Source: Flavipsychrobacter sp.
GTDB taxonomy: Bacteria; Bacteroidota; Bacteroidia; Chitinophagales; Chitinophagaceae
Length of the DNA stretch: 64,000 bases
Reading direction: 5' to 3'
NCBI GenBank assembly: GCA_965218185.1
Contig: CBDCKE010000003.1
Span: 43,935-107,934, forward strand
Shown: in pieces, positions 37,280 through 46,336 of the stretch
How the letters are laid out: each line of letters opens with the position of its first letter
Numbering within the stretch: position 1 is the first letter of the stretch
The notes under the pieces: generated by a model
The model's input: only the letters and a program-made list of their open reading frames with translations
What the model was told of the DNA's origin: nothing
Databases searched by the model: none
Position numbers and translations under genes: made by a program

Positions 37280-39904
37280 TTAATACTTAGAAACGGGCAT
37301 CGTAAATGTTTCCTTTTCTGTAATAACTTTGAGGATGTAATAGCCTGGTGCAACATCGGCGGAATTAAATTCCTGAATGCTGCCGGTTGTAGTTTTCCAC
37401 TTACGGATAATCCTTCCACTGACGTCCAAAAGCAATAATTGATCACCGGGATTTAAACCTTCAATCTGAAACGTATTGGAAAAAGGATTTGGATATGCTT
37501 TGATGTTAGTTTTTCCCTGACCAAAGTGGGCAATGCTGAGGGGTGCGGTGGTAAAAGAAAGTGTATCCCATACAGAGTTATTGCTATTTCCGCAATTGCT
37601 TCTTACAAAGAAATAATAGGTTGTATTTGGAAGTAAAGCATTGCTGCTAAAACTTTGGTTGTTGGTGTTGGTGAACATGCCCGGTATATTGTTCGTGGTG
37701 GTTAATGCATAATCGTAACCATTGGTGGGAGTCGTAGATGAAGTCCAGTGAATGGAAACCGAATTCATGGTTACAAAATCCAAAAGAGGATGTGGAGTGG
37801 AGCAAGGATTAATGGGTAATATAATATTGCTAGCCGATTTTTTTACGAAAATTCCTTCTGAAAAATAACTTACATACACGTCATTTCCAGTTGCTGCCAG
37901 TTGAGGATTAGAAGAGCTATCTCTTGAAATAGTCTGACTGCCAAGCAAACCGAAACCAGCTCCATCAAATTTTGTGACTACCACGGATTTTAAAATTTTA
38001 TCGGTATAAGCCAGATGTACGGTATCGTTATGGATTAATAAATTCAGTTCTTTTGCCTGGCCGAAGGAAAAATTGGGCGCTCCAAGCGTTGTCCAGTTGG
38101 TGCCGTTATATTTAGTAACCGCTGGTTTATTAAGTGATGTGAGGTAAGCTACCACCTGCTCACCGGAACCGGTAACCTTTATCTGATAATCTAAACTGGT
38201 TGTATTGGCTGCTGAATTTCCAACAGCGTTCCAGTTTGTGCCATCAAAACTTTTTACTAATAAATTAGTTCCTTCCTTGTAAAGCACGCTTATTTTATTA
38301 GCAGAATCGCACACGATCAGTGGCTTTTCACTTGCGCTTGCTGAGATAAAAGGCACAACGAGAGATACATCATCCCAGGTTGAACCATTGTATTTTTTTA
38401 CCCTTACCCTATCACCTCCAAAACCACTATTATCAATCATGGCTGCGAAAGGAGTGTTGTTTTTATCAATTACAAAGTAGACATACCCAAAATTAGGATT
38501 AATACTACTAGTGAAAGGAACCCAGGTTGAGCCGGAAAGTTTGGCGAGGTAGGACCCGTATTGTCCGTTAAATAAAGTGTACACGTTGTTTGCTGTATCT
38601 AATTCAATCTGAAATTCGGATTGATTACTATTGAAGTCAAAACCTGTGACCGACATAACTGACCATGCGTTGTTGATGAAGCTACTAACTGCACTGCCCG
38701 AACGGGAAAAAATATTCAAATGCTGGTTTTTATCTACAAAAAATGAATAAAAAGGGTAGGAATGATAAACTCCATAAGTACCGAGAGTTCCTCCTCTGAA
38801 TGGTGGAATACTTAATGGAAATTCATCCTTCCAGTTATTATTCACTCTTTTTTGCACTTTTATTTTGCTATTGTTGAAATCAGATCGTACTGCTGCGTAA
38901 AAAGTAGAATTACTTGTTATAGCCAGATTACCCGCAGCACCAAAATCGGTAATGCTGGTGCCAGATATTTTCCAAATGGTACCGCCGGTTAGGTAGATAT
39001 TACCTGAGTTATCAAACACTACGTGGGTAGAGCCAGTAATTGGAATATACGGAACGGCAAATCCATTATTAGCTGAGATATCAGCAATCGAAACCCATGT
39101 GTTGCCATCAAATTTTATTAGGTTTGCAGTTGGTGTGTATGAAAATGTGCCTCCATAATAACCATTTGATCCATAGGAAATGTAAAAGCTGTCATTGTGG
39201 ATTGTTAGCTCGCCAAAAGGAGGTGCGTTCATAACAAAAACCCATGCTGTGCCGTCATGTTTTTTAATTTGGCGAGCATTGGTGAAGGCATCATGAAATA
39301 AAACGAATGGGGCGTTGCTACTATCAAAATCAAAGGAAATTTTGTCGTAAGAGGTGTTTGCAATAGCACCGAGTGACGCCCAGTTCGTGCCGTTAAATTT
39401 TATCATTCCCGGGTACACATTTAAACCATACTCGCTGTAAAGGATGTAAGGCACTTCGTTGCCGTCCAGTTTTATTTTGATGAAGGGTTTTGATGCATAG
39501 GGAAGCGCGTAAGGAGTGCCGTAATTTGCCCACGTGCCGGAGCTAAATTTCCTGACAATGATGGATGCTGCGCCGCCGATTACCGTATCTACTGCGTAAT
39601 AAATACTGCCTGCTTTATCTATTGTGAAGGTGGGGCGCACATTAGAGTTTGTGTCTTTTACCTGAGTGATTTGAACCCACCCTGATGGCATTCTCCGTTT
39701 AATTACGGTGCGCCGAAAATTGGTAGTGGTAGAATCCTGAAAGATGATGTAAGGAACGTTTGCAGAGTCCAGAAATATTTCAGGGTCAGTAGCGCCGGGT
39801 TTGGAAATTTGCTTAAAATCGTCAGGACCGACGGCTTGCCAGGGCTGGGCATGAATGGACGAAAAAGTGCAAAATAAAATGGCGAAGGATAGAAGCGTTT
39901 TCAT
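37280..39904 (-). CDS. Large secreted repeat protein with an Fn3-like domain and a T9SS type-A sorting domain
   Basis: Signal peptide MKTLLSFAILFCTFSSIHAQ and about 10 recurring (F/Y)(D/N)GTNW / GSTW modules suggesting beta-propeller blades. Also an Fn3-like VSIHWTSSTTPTNGYDYAL...TTYYFFVRSNCG and a C-terminal IKAYPNPFSNTFQIEG...GYYILKV. Confidence 0.8.
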   Translation of the reverse strand: MKTLLSFAILFCTFSSIHAQPWQAVGPDDFKQISKPGATDPEIFLDSANVPYIIFQDSTTTNFRRTVIKRRMPSGWVQITQVKDTNSNVRPTFTIDKAGSIYYAVDTVIGGAASIIVRKFSSGTWANYGTPYALPYASKPFIKIKLDGNEVPYILYSEYGLNVYPGMIKFNGTNWASLGAIANTSYDKISFDFDSSNAPFVLFHDAFTNARQIKKHDGTAWVFVMNAPPFGELTIHNDSFYISYGSNGYYGGTFSYTPTANLIKFDGNTWVSIADISANNGFAVPYIPITGSTHVVFDNSGNIYLTGGTIWKISGTSITDFGAAGNLAITSNSTFYAAVRSDFNNSKIKVQKRVNNNWKDEFPLSIPPFRGGTLGTYGVYHSYPFYSFFVDKNQHLNIFSRSGSAVSSFINNAWSVMSVTGFDFNSNQSEFQIELDTANNVYTLFNGQYGSYLAKLSGSTWVPFTSSINPNFGYVYFVIDKNNTPFAAMIDNSGFGGDRVRVKKYNGSTWDDVSLVVPFISASASEKPLIVCDSANKISVLYKEGTNLLVKSFDGTNWNAVGNSAANTTSLDYQIKVTGSGEQVVAYLTSLNKPAVTKYNGTNWTTLGAPNFSFGQAKELNLLIHNDTVHLAYTDKILKSVVVTKFDGAGFGLLGSQTISRDSSSNPQLAATGNDVYVSYFSEGIFVKKSASNIILPINPCSTPHPLLDFVTMNSVSIHWTSSTTPTNGYDYALTTTNNIPGMFTNTNNQSFSSNALLPNTTYYFFVRSNCGNSNNSVWDTLSFTTAPLSIAHFGQGKTNIKAYPNPFSNTFQIEGLNPGDQLLLLDVSGRIIRKWKTTTGSIQEFNSADVAPGYYILKVITEKETFTMPVSKY

Positions 39905-40132
39905 AAGCGAAGCATTTTATAAAAACTGCAAATGCAGTGCTTACAAAGCTACATGAAAATTTTTCAGGAAAAGATGCTTATTTGCAGTGGAAATTGATGT
40001 TCCGCCCACCGGAAAGACCGCCCAGATGAGCATACTAACGCGCATTAAAATCCATTTTTCAGTCGTGCAATTTTAGCGTTTTCATGCCATTCTGCAGCTG
40101 TTGATTTTTTTCTTTCGTATAACCGAATTCTA

Positions 40133-40651
40133 CTACTTTGCATAAAGCTCCATTGCATCTGCATCGCCGGAATCGGCAAAAAGCTTCCACGCATCATTAG
40201 GTGGCAGATATATTCCAAAGTACTGGTCTTTTTTGTGCTTTCTGTAAATACTCTGAAATTCTTTTCCATTATCTTCTACCAGTGCCTTGTAATCATTGTA
40301 ATAGCTGCTCCAATGAAGAAAAGCGGGAGAAACGCCTTTTCTGCGTGCCATTTCTATCAGTTCCTGCGGGGTTTTGGTTGATAGATATCCTGTAAGGTAA
40401 TCCCTTGCCTGGTCATACAATCCGTCTGCATTGCTAACTTCAAAAAACTCGCTGACGAGTGGATGGATAACGGCAGACGGCGGATCGTTTAATTTTAAAG
40501 TAGGAATTTGCTTGCGGATGGTATCGACAGGCCATTTCCATCTTTGAAGTGAATTTAGAAGCGGTGCAGAGAGGCGTTTTGCCAATCTCAACAGCGTGGC
40601 GTAATTGTACCTTTTGGTAAACGGTAAGCTTCTGTTCCAAATCATTCCCAT
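40133..40651 (-). CDS. Hypothetical protein (172 aa)
   Basis: Intact ORF with normal-looking composition. I recognise no family. Confidence 0.4.
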   Translation of the reverse strand: MGMIWNRSLPFTKRYNYATLLRLAKRLSAPLLNSLQRWKWPVDTIRKQIPTLKLNDPPSAVIHPLVSEFFEVSNADGLYDQARDYLTGYLSTKTPQELIEMARRKGVSPAFLHWSSYYNDYKALVEDNGKEFQSIYRKHKKDQYFGIYLPPNDAWKLFADSGDADAMELYAK

Positions 40652-40859
40652 ATTTCACCGCTGTTTGAGATGTTCCGCAGGATCATCCCGAACTTAGGGA
40701 TAAAGCGGATTTGCAATCCGCCTTGCTTTGCTTTTTGAATCGCAGATTTTAATCGATTGCACAGATTACACGGATTATCCCCTGTCGGGTAAAAAATCAG
40801 CGCAATCCTTTAATCCGCCTAATCAGCGATTCAAAATCAGCGTGACTATACTTCTCTTC

Positions 40860-40889
40860 CGATTGCTTCCGGCAAGCCCTCGCACGATG
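40860..40889 (-). repeat. REP/MITE-like dispersed repeat copy (inverted relative to the 63479 copy)
   Basis: The reverse complement catcgtgcgagggcttgccggaagcaatcg matches gtcattgcgagggcttgcccgaagcaatctg at 63479-63509 at roughly 26 of 30 positions. It is embedded in a patch of AATCAGCG / AATCCGCC short repeats (40690-40860). Confidence 0.7.
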
Positions 40890-40956
40890 TGGCGCAAAAA
40901 TCATATCCAATCATCCCCATCTTAAAAGTCTGCGTTCCATCACCCAACCCTTACCA

Positions 40957-41004
40957 ACTTATCAACCTAACAACTTATGAACTTATCAACCTACCACCTT
41001 ATCA
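40957..41004. repeat. Imperfect 24-bp tandem duplication (2 units)
   Basis: acttatcaacctaacaacttatga followed directly by acttatcaacctaccaccttatca. The core CTTAT(C/G)AAC is present 4 times. The repeat straddles the stop codon of the ClC gene. Confidence 0.75.
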
Positions 41005-42359
41005 ACTTCCCCCTCTCCACCCGTCAGCTCTTCCATATATTCCTGCTTCAACTGCTCATAAAGCGAACGTTTATCAATCAAAAACGCCGCAATGTTGGAC
41101 GTCAGCGCAGCAAGCATCAGGTGGAAAATAACGCTGTGGCGGTCGGTCATTTCAAGCACGAGGATGGCGGAGGTAAACGGCGTGCGGGTAACGCCGGTAA
41201 GGAAACCCACCATGCCGCTCAGTATCAGAATATTGGCATTGCCGCCCGTGACGTGGAAAAGATGACTCAGAAAAGCACCCACCGCCGCACCGGCTGAAAG
41301 TGAAGGCGCAAACACACCGCCCGAAGCCCCGATATTAAAACTCATGATGGTGCCGAAAAGCCGCACCACCAGCGTATCCCAGGTAGTATCTTTTATGTTG
41401 GAGAAGAGCACGCCGTTCATTAATTCCTTGCCGGAACCTAACACATGGTCATTGAAAAAGAAGGCTACCGAAGCAATGGCAAGCCCTGTCAACAGGATAA
41501 AAACAATGGTTTGCGCCTGACTGAAATTCCGCTTCCAGCGCATTATTTTGATAATTAGTTTGCCCGTCAGTCCGCCAATCATCCCGGCAATAATAGCCGC
41601 CACCAGCACACCGGCATACACAAACACAGGCAGGTTTTTAACGTCAGGATAGCCGAGGTAGAGGTAAGGCCCCAACATGCCCTGCGCCGTAAGTCCGGCA
41701 ATAATTACCGCCGTAAAAAGCGCCGTCCGCAGAAAGCTGATATGGATTTTCGCGAGTTCCTCGATGGCAAACACAATTCCGCCCAAAGGCGTGTTGAAAG
41801 CAGCCGCAAGGCCTGCCGCCGCGCCGGTGAGGATAAAACTCATCTGGCTCAGTTTGGGCCAGCTTTTGGGCGTCCATTTATTCACCAGGCGGAACACCGA
41901 ACCGGCAATCTGAATGGTTGGTCCTTCCCTTCCAATTGCCGCGCCGCCAAACACCATAAACAGGCTGGAAACAATCTTCACGCAAATGATTTTAAAGTTC
42001 AGCAGCAGGTCAATCTTTTTTTCTGTTTTTGAGGAAGCCGATACTTCAATTGCCGCCATTACCTGTGGGATGCCGCTGCCGCGTGCCATCGGTGCCAGCT
42101 TCACAATGAACCATGCGGTGAGCAGGCAAGTGGGCGTGATGATGAAAATGTACCAGCGCTGCCTGCCTAAGGCATCCTGCAAAAGCTCTTCTGAAAACGT
42201 GAACATGCGCGTGTATGCCACGGCAATAAGTCCGGTGAGGATGGATGCCACCCAAAACGGAATGGCTTGCAGAAATTGCGTCCTCACCTCTTCGCCCGCA
42301 ATAACTTCGAACACAAATTTTGCCTGCTTCGCGATGCTATGCCACCATTTTCGAATCAT
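40986..42359 (-). CDS. ClC-family voltage-gated chloride channel / H+-Cl- antiporter
   Basis: Motifs GSGIPQV, GREGPTIQIG, GAAAGLAAAFNTPLGG and GGVFAPSL. I prefer ATG 42359 (MIRKWWHS...) to the track start 42545, which lies only 12 nt from the divergent gene. Confidence 0.9.
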   Translation of the reverse strand: MIRKWWHSIAKQAKFVFEVIAGEEVRTQFLQAIPFWVASILTGLIAVAYTRMFTFSEELLQDALGRQRWYIFIITPTCLLTAWFIVKLAPMARGSGIPQVMAAIEVSASSKTEKKIDLLLNFKIICVKIVSSLFMVFGGAAIGREGPTIQIAGSVFRLVNKWTPKSWPKLSQMSFILTGAAAGLAAAFNTPLGGIVFAIEELAKIHISFLRTALFTAVIIAGLTAQGMLGPYLYLGYPDVKNLPVFVYAGVLVAAIIAGMIGGLTGKLIIKIMRWKRNFSQAQTIVFILLTGLAIASVAFFFNDHVLGSGKELMNGVLFSNIKDTTWDTLVVRLFGTIMSFNIGASGGVFAPSLSAGAAVGAFLSHLFHVTGGNANILILSGMVGFLTGVTRTPFTSAILVLEMTDRHSVIFHLMLAALTSNIAAFLIDKRSLYEQLKQEYMEELTGGEGEVDKVVG

Positions 42360-42557
42360 GTTTTTGCGCTGCGCGGATGGAATTTTTGAAGGTGGATAAA
42401 AGGCAAGCCGGAAGGCATTTGTAACAGGGAAGGAAGCGCGCAAATATATTGCCTCCCGCAACACCTGCCGGTTAGGATGGTGCACAAAAGCGATTGGATT
42501 TTTTAAAAAAAACCATGAGCAACGATTGGCATAATAGTTATTCATACCATCGCATTC

Positions 42558-43124
42558 ATGCCTTCCACTTCCAATCCTGATGTTCCTATTGCCTGGTCTT
42601 ACAATCCATCTTCCTGGGCGCAGCGCATTCCATTAATTATAGTTGCCACTGTTGGTTTTCTGATAGCCATGTATCTCGGTTTGTTTCAGTTAGGTGTCAT
42701 CCATTCTGTGTGGGATCCGTTGTTTAAAGGAGGTAGTGAAAAAGTGCTGACGTCTGATATTGCGAAGTCAATACCCATTCCTGATGCGGTGTTAGGTGCG
42801 CTAGGTTATTTGCTGGATATTGTTACGGCTATTATTGGCGGCACGCGCAGGTGGAAGAAGATGCCCTGGATTGTGATTGTGTTTGGGATAGCTGTGGGGC
42901 CTCTTGGTTTTGTGAGTATTCTTTTAGTGATTTTACAACCGATAATCGTGCATGCCTGGTGTTTCCTTTGTTTGATGACTGCGTTCATTTCGCTGATACT
43001 GATTAGTCCGGCAATGGATGAACTGTTGGCGAGTTTGCAATATCTGCACAGGGTGAAGCACCAAAAAAAGTCTGTGTGGAAGGCATTCTGGGGCGATAAA
43101 ACAATTTCTGAAACCGTAAAATAA
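42558..43124 (+). CDS. Vitamin K epoxide reductase (VKOR)-family membrane protein
   Basis: Multi-pass membrane protein with a CxxC redox motif in a TM helix (HAWCFLCLMTAF) and VKOR-like layout. Confidence 0.65.
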   Translation: MPSTSNPDVPIAWSYNPSSWAQRIPLIIVATVGFLIAMYLGLFQLGVIHSVWDPLFKGGSEKVLTSDIAKSIPIPDAVLGALGYLLDIVTAIIGGTRRWKKMPWIVIVFGIAVGPLGFVSILLVILQPIIVHAWCFLCLMTAFISLILISPAMDELLASLQYLHRVKHQKKSVWKAFWGDKTISETVK

Positions 43125-43131
43125 TAAAGCA

Positions 43132-43494
43132 ATGTGGGGAGCCATAATTAATATGCTTTTGGGCGCGTGGGTCATGCTGTCACCCAATTTCCTTTCAATG
43201 AACGCAGCGGAGACAAACAACTGCCAGATAGTTGGGCCACTGATTGTCACCATTGCGCTCACGTCTTTCAGTGGCATCAACCGGTCTATCCGTTATCTCA
43301 ATATTCTTTCGGGCTTATGGCTGGCGGCATCGCCATTTGTTTTCGGCTCCACGGGTCTTGCATTCTGGAACCACTTACTGGTAGGGGCGGCAATCATTGG
43401 TTTTTCTTACGTGAAAGGCAAAAACAAAGAGCGGTATGGTGGCGGATGGAGCGCGCTGTTTTCAAAGCATCCGCCTTATTTCTACCGCCAATAA
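43132..43494 (+). CDS. SPW-repeat membrane protein
   Basis: Two copies of the LLGAWVMLSPNF / LSGLWLAASPFVF pattern typical of the SPW-repeat family. It lies 7 nt after the VKOR gene. Confidence 0.55.
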   Translation: MWGAIINMLLGAWVMLSPNFLSMNAAETNNCQIVGPLIVTIALTSFSGINRSIRYLNILSGLWLAASPFVFGSTGLAFWNHLLVGAAIIGFSYVKGKNKERYGGGWSALFSKHPPYFYRQ

Positions 43495-43529
43495 TCTTTA
43501 GTCATCTCTTCAAAAAAACAAGCACAATT

Positions 43530-43901
43530 ATGAACATCGGCAAAAAAGAATGGGCAATTGCAGAAGGTTATATCCCACCATTTGGCACGGGGCCTGAACC
43601 GGAAATGATAAGCCATGAAACTGCCTGCATCCTCAATGCAAATGATGAAGATGCACACATAGAAATCACCATTTTCTTTTCAGACCGCGAGCCGGTGGGG
43701 CCTTATAAAATCACGGTTCCGGCGCGGCGCACAAAGCATGTCCGCTTCAACGACCTCACCGATCCGGAGCCGGTTCCCAAAGGCACGGACTACAGCAGCG
43801 TCATCATTTCTGACCAGCCGATTGTGGTGCAGCACACCCGCCTCGATAGCCGTCAGGAAGCGAATGCATTGCTTTCTACCATTGCGTTTCATGGAGGTTA
43901 A
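43530..43901 (+). CDS. Sensory rhodopsin transducer (ASRT / DUF1362) family protein
   Basis: WAIAEGYIPPFGTGPEPEMISHETACILNANDEDAHIEITIFFSDREPVGPYKITVPARRTKHVRFNDL...PIVVQHTRLDSRQ..NALLSTIAF is near-collinear with the Anabaena ASRT sequence as I remember it. The real start is ATG 43530, inside the longer track ORF 43167..43901. Confidence 0.8.
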   Translation: MNIGKKEWAIAEGYIPPFGTGPEPEMISHETACILNANDEDAHIEITIFFSDREPVGPYKITVPARRTKHVRFNDLTDPEPVPKGTDYSSVIISDQPIVVQHTRLDSRQEANALLSTIAFHGG

Positions 43902-43905
43902 GTAA

Positions 43906-44892
43906 TTGCTGGTTCCGGGAAAATTGTTTGATTGCATCTTTGCGGATCTTTCATTTTTTCTGAAACTCTTGGTGCCTCATTCCATTTCCATTCTCATCCT
44001 TACCCACAACAGGGCGGACGATTTATTGCTGCTTTTAAAAAGCCTTGCTTCGCTGCGCCGTTATGATAAAGTAGTGGCTGAAATATTGTTGCTGAACAAT
44101 GCCTCCACCGAATCGTACAATCAGGTAGAAGCCTTTATTGATGCGCATCAGGAGCTGAAGGTTCAATACATTTTATCGGCTGAAAACCTGGGCGTAGCGG
44201 GTGGAAGAAATAAGCTGATGCGCATGGCAAAAGGGGAGCTGCTCCTCACCATTGATGATGACATGATTTTTCCGCAGCGGGAAAGTTTGGAGCGGATGTC
44301 TATGCTTTTTGAGCAACCCATTTTTAAAGAAAACAACACGGCTATCATCACCCTTAAAGTGATTTATTACAGCACTAAGGAAATGCAGCGCAGTGTTTTC
44401 CCGCACAAAAAATGGGATAAATACATCGGGCACGATCAATTCCTGACGCTCTATTTTGCCGGCGGAGCTAACCTGATGAAGCGGGAAGTGTTGCAACAGT
44501 CAGGATATTTTCCGGAAGACTTTTTTTACGGAATGGAGGAGTATGATTTGTGCTATCGCGTGCTGGATGCGGGTTTCAGCATTGGTTATGATAACAGCGT
44601 AACGATTGAACACAAAGAATCACCGGAAGGCAGGCAGCCGTCTTACAAAAAATTGCAGATGCAGTGGGTGAATAAAAGCAAGGTGGCGTGGCGCTATTTG
44701 CCGTTCGTTTATTTTTTGAGCACTGCAGTGATGTGGAGCTTTCAGTTTCTGAAAATAGCCAAAGGACACTGGGGCACGTTCTTTAAAAGCTGGGGGATGA
44801 TTTTCAGAATTTCTTTCACTGAAAAAAGAAAACCGGTTTCAAAAACGACGCTTGATTATCTTAAAAAAGTAGAAGCGCGGTTGTGGTTTTAA
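43906..44892 (+). CDS. Family 2 glycosyltransferase
   Basis: ISILILTHNRADDL, LLNNASTE, NLGVAGGRN and the DDD motif LTIDDDMIF. The start is uncertain: TTG 43906, or TTG/GTG at 43969/43972. Confidence 0.85.
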   Translation: MLVPGKLFDCIFADLSFFLKLLVPHSISILILTHNRADDLLLLLKSLASLRRYDKVVAEILLLNNASTESYNQVEAFIDAHQELKVQYILSAENLGVAGGRNKLMRMAKGELLLTIDDDMIFPQRESLERMSMLFEQPIFKENNTAIITLKVIYYSTKEMQRSVFPHKKWDKYIGHDQFLTLYFAGGANLMKREVLQQSGYFPEDFFYGMEEYDLCYRVLDAGFSIGYDNSVTIEHKESPEGRQPSYKKLQMQWVNKSKVAWRYLPFVYFLSTAVMWSFQFLKIAKGHWGTFFKSWGMIFRISFTEKRKPVSKTTLDYLKKVEARLWF

Positions 44893-44908
44893 ACCGCTGA
44901 AAGCTGCG

Positions 44909-45577
44909 TTAGGCACCGCTTCCCATAAACACATACTGAATCAGGTTGGCACCCATTTGCAAAGCCTGTTCATGTTTCACCTGCGCATCGTGATGCACTT
45001 CCGGGTCTTCCCAACCATCGCCTAAATCTGTTTCTACAGAATAGAAAACCACCAGTCTGCCTTTGTAAATCAAGCCATAACCTTTGGGTGGTTTGTTGTC
45101 GTGTTCATGAATTTTAGGGATGCCATTCGGGAAGTTGTATTTCTGATGATAAATGGGGTGGGAGAAAGGAAGTTCGGTAAGCGTGAGTTCGGGAAACACT
45201 TTTTTAAGTGCGGGTCGCACGTATTCATCCAGCCCGTAGTTATCATCAATGTGCAGAAAGCCGCCGCTCTCCAGGTATTTTCTGAGATTTTGTGCTTCCG
45301 GATCCGTCAGGCTCCAGCGCCCATGTCCGGTCATGTGGAGGAAGGGATAGTTATACAATTCCGGATTACCGATTTCCACCTGTGCTTCTTTTAAATCAAA
45401 ACGCGTGTGGAGTTGGGTGTTGCAGAATTGTGCAAGGTTTTTCAGCGCTGTAGGATTAGCATACCAGTCGCCGCCGCCACCATAAACCAGCAGCGCCAGT
45501 TTCATGTTTTGCGCATTGACTGATGATTGAACTCCGGCAAAAAATATCAGGAAGAAAAGCAGTTTCAGTTTGTTCAT
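44909..45577 (-). CDS. DUF4159 domain-containing secreted protein
   Basis: Signal peptide, then YGGGGDWYANPTALKNL and YPFLHMTGHG, which are typical of DUF4159. Confidence 0.7.
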   Translation of the reverse strand: MNKLKLLFFLIFFAGVQSSVNAQNMKLALLVYGGGGDWYANPTALKNLAQFCNTQLHTRFDLKEAQVEIGNPELYNYPFLHMTGHGRWSLTDPEAQNLRKYLESGGFLHIDDNYGLDEYVRPALKKVFPELTLTELPFSHPIYHQKYNFPNGIPKIHEHDNKPPKGYGLIYKGRLVVFYSVETDLGDGWEDPEVHHDAQVKHEQALQMGANLIQYVFMGSGA

Positions 45578-45595
45578 TTCTTAAAAAATTGACGG

Positions 45596-46309
45596 TTAGT
45601 TGTTGATAAGATTAAAGTAAGCAACGGCTGCCATGGCTGCTGTTTCGGTGCGCAATCTGGTATTGCCTAAAGAAATGCTTTTGCAGTTTTGTTGCAACGA
45701 TTGTTCCACCTCCTCTTTTGTAAAATCACCTTCAGGCCCGATCAATAAAAGCGTTTCCAGTTGCGGCTTTAGAGCATCTTTTAAGGGTGTTCGGTTTTGC
45801 TCCATGCAATGTGCCAATAGTTTTTGTGGAACGGAGTTAAAGCGTTTTAAAATTTCGGGAAGTGGAGTGGGCTGCATTAAAACGGGTAAATAATATTGCT
45901 GGGATTGTAAGATTGCGGAAGTCAGTATTCCTTCCCACCTTTCTTTTTTAAAACGTTCTTTTTCGCTTCGCTGTGCAATTAATGGAATGATGGTTCGCAC
46001 GCCCATCTCGGTAGCTTTTTCAAGCAGCCATTCATTTCGCGAAGCGCTTTTAGTAAACGCTACCGCAAGGTGCAATGCCGGTTCCGGGAGTGAATGATTT
46101 TCTATTTCAGAAACCTGTACGGAGCAATGCTTTTTCCCTGCTTCAGCAATGCTTGCAAATGCTTCTGCACCTTGTCCGCTGGTAAGCCTCAAATCAGCGC
46201 CGGGCTTCATTCTTAGCACGTTCACTACGTAATGCGCTGTGTCTTGCGGCAATGCAATAATTTCTTTTTCTGAAAAATTGCCTGCATAGAAAAACAACGG
46301 TAACGACAT
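45596..46309 (-). CDS. rsmE: 16S rRNA (uracil1498-N3)-methyltransferase
   Basis: HYVVNVLRMKPGADL (PUA-like), KSASRNEWLLEKATEMGV and IGPEGDFTKEE...LGNTRLRTETAA are canonical RsmE. Confidence 0.9.
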   Translation of the reverse strand: MSLPLFFYAGNFSEKEIIALPQDTAHYVVNVLRMKPGADLRLTSGQGAEAFASIAEAGKKHCSVQVSEIENHSLPEPALHLAVAFTKSASRNEWLLEKATEMGVRTIIPLIAQRSEKERFKKERWEGILTSAILQSQQYYLPVLMQPTPLPEILKRFNSVPQKLLAHCMEQNRTPLKDALKPQLETLLLIGPEGDFTKEEVEQSLQQNCKSISLGNTRLRTETAAMAAVAYFNLINN

Positions 46310-46336
46310 GCCGCGAAATTAAAGTGGAAGCAAGCC

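Noticed and set aside
40957-41006. Four TTATCAAC cores as a cluster of DnaA boxes (an origin-like site).
   Set aside because: Each differs from the TTATNCACA consensus at two positions. There is no adjacent AT-rich unwinding element or dnaA/dnaN, and the pattern is fully explained by a 24-bp tandem duplication.
42360-42545. Upstream extension of the ClC channel ORF (start at 42545), and likewise track starts 606 (TrmH), 13968 (recN), 17170 (beta-lactamase), 51568 (sppA) and 8981 (DUF4286).
   Set aside because: The extensions lack family similarity and would leave no room for divergent promoters or would overlap neighbours. Internal ATGs coincide with the expected N-termini or signal peptides.
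43167-43529. The N-terminal 121 codons of track ORF 43167..43901.
   Set aside because: This part overlaps the SPW-repeat gene in another frame and has no homology-like features. The ASRT similarity begins exactly at ATG 43530.
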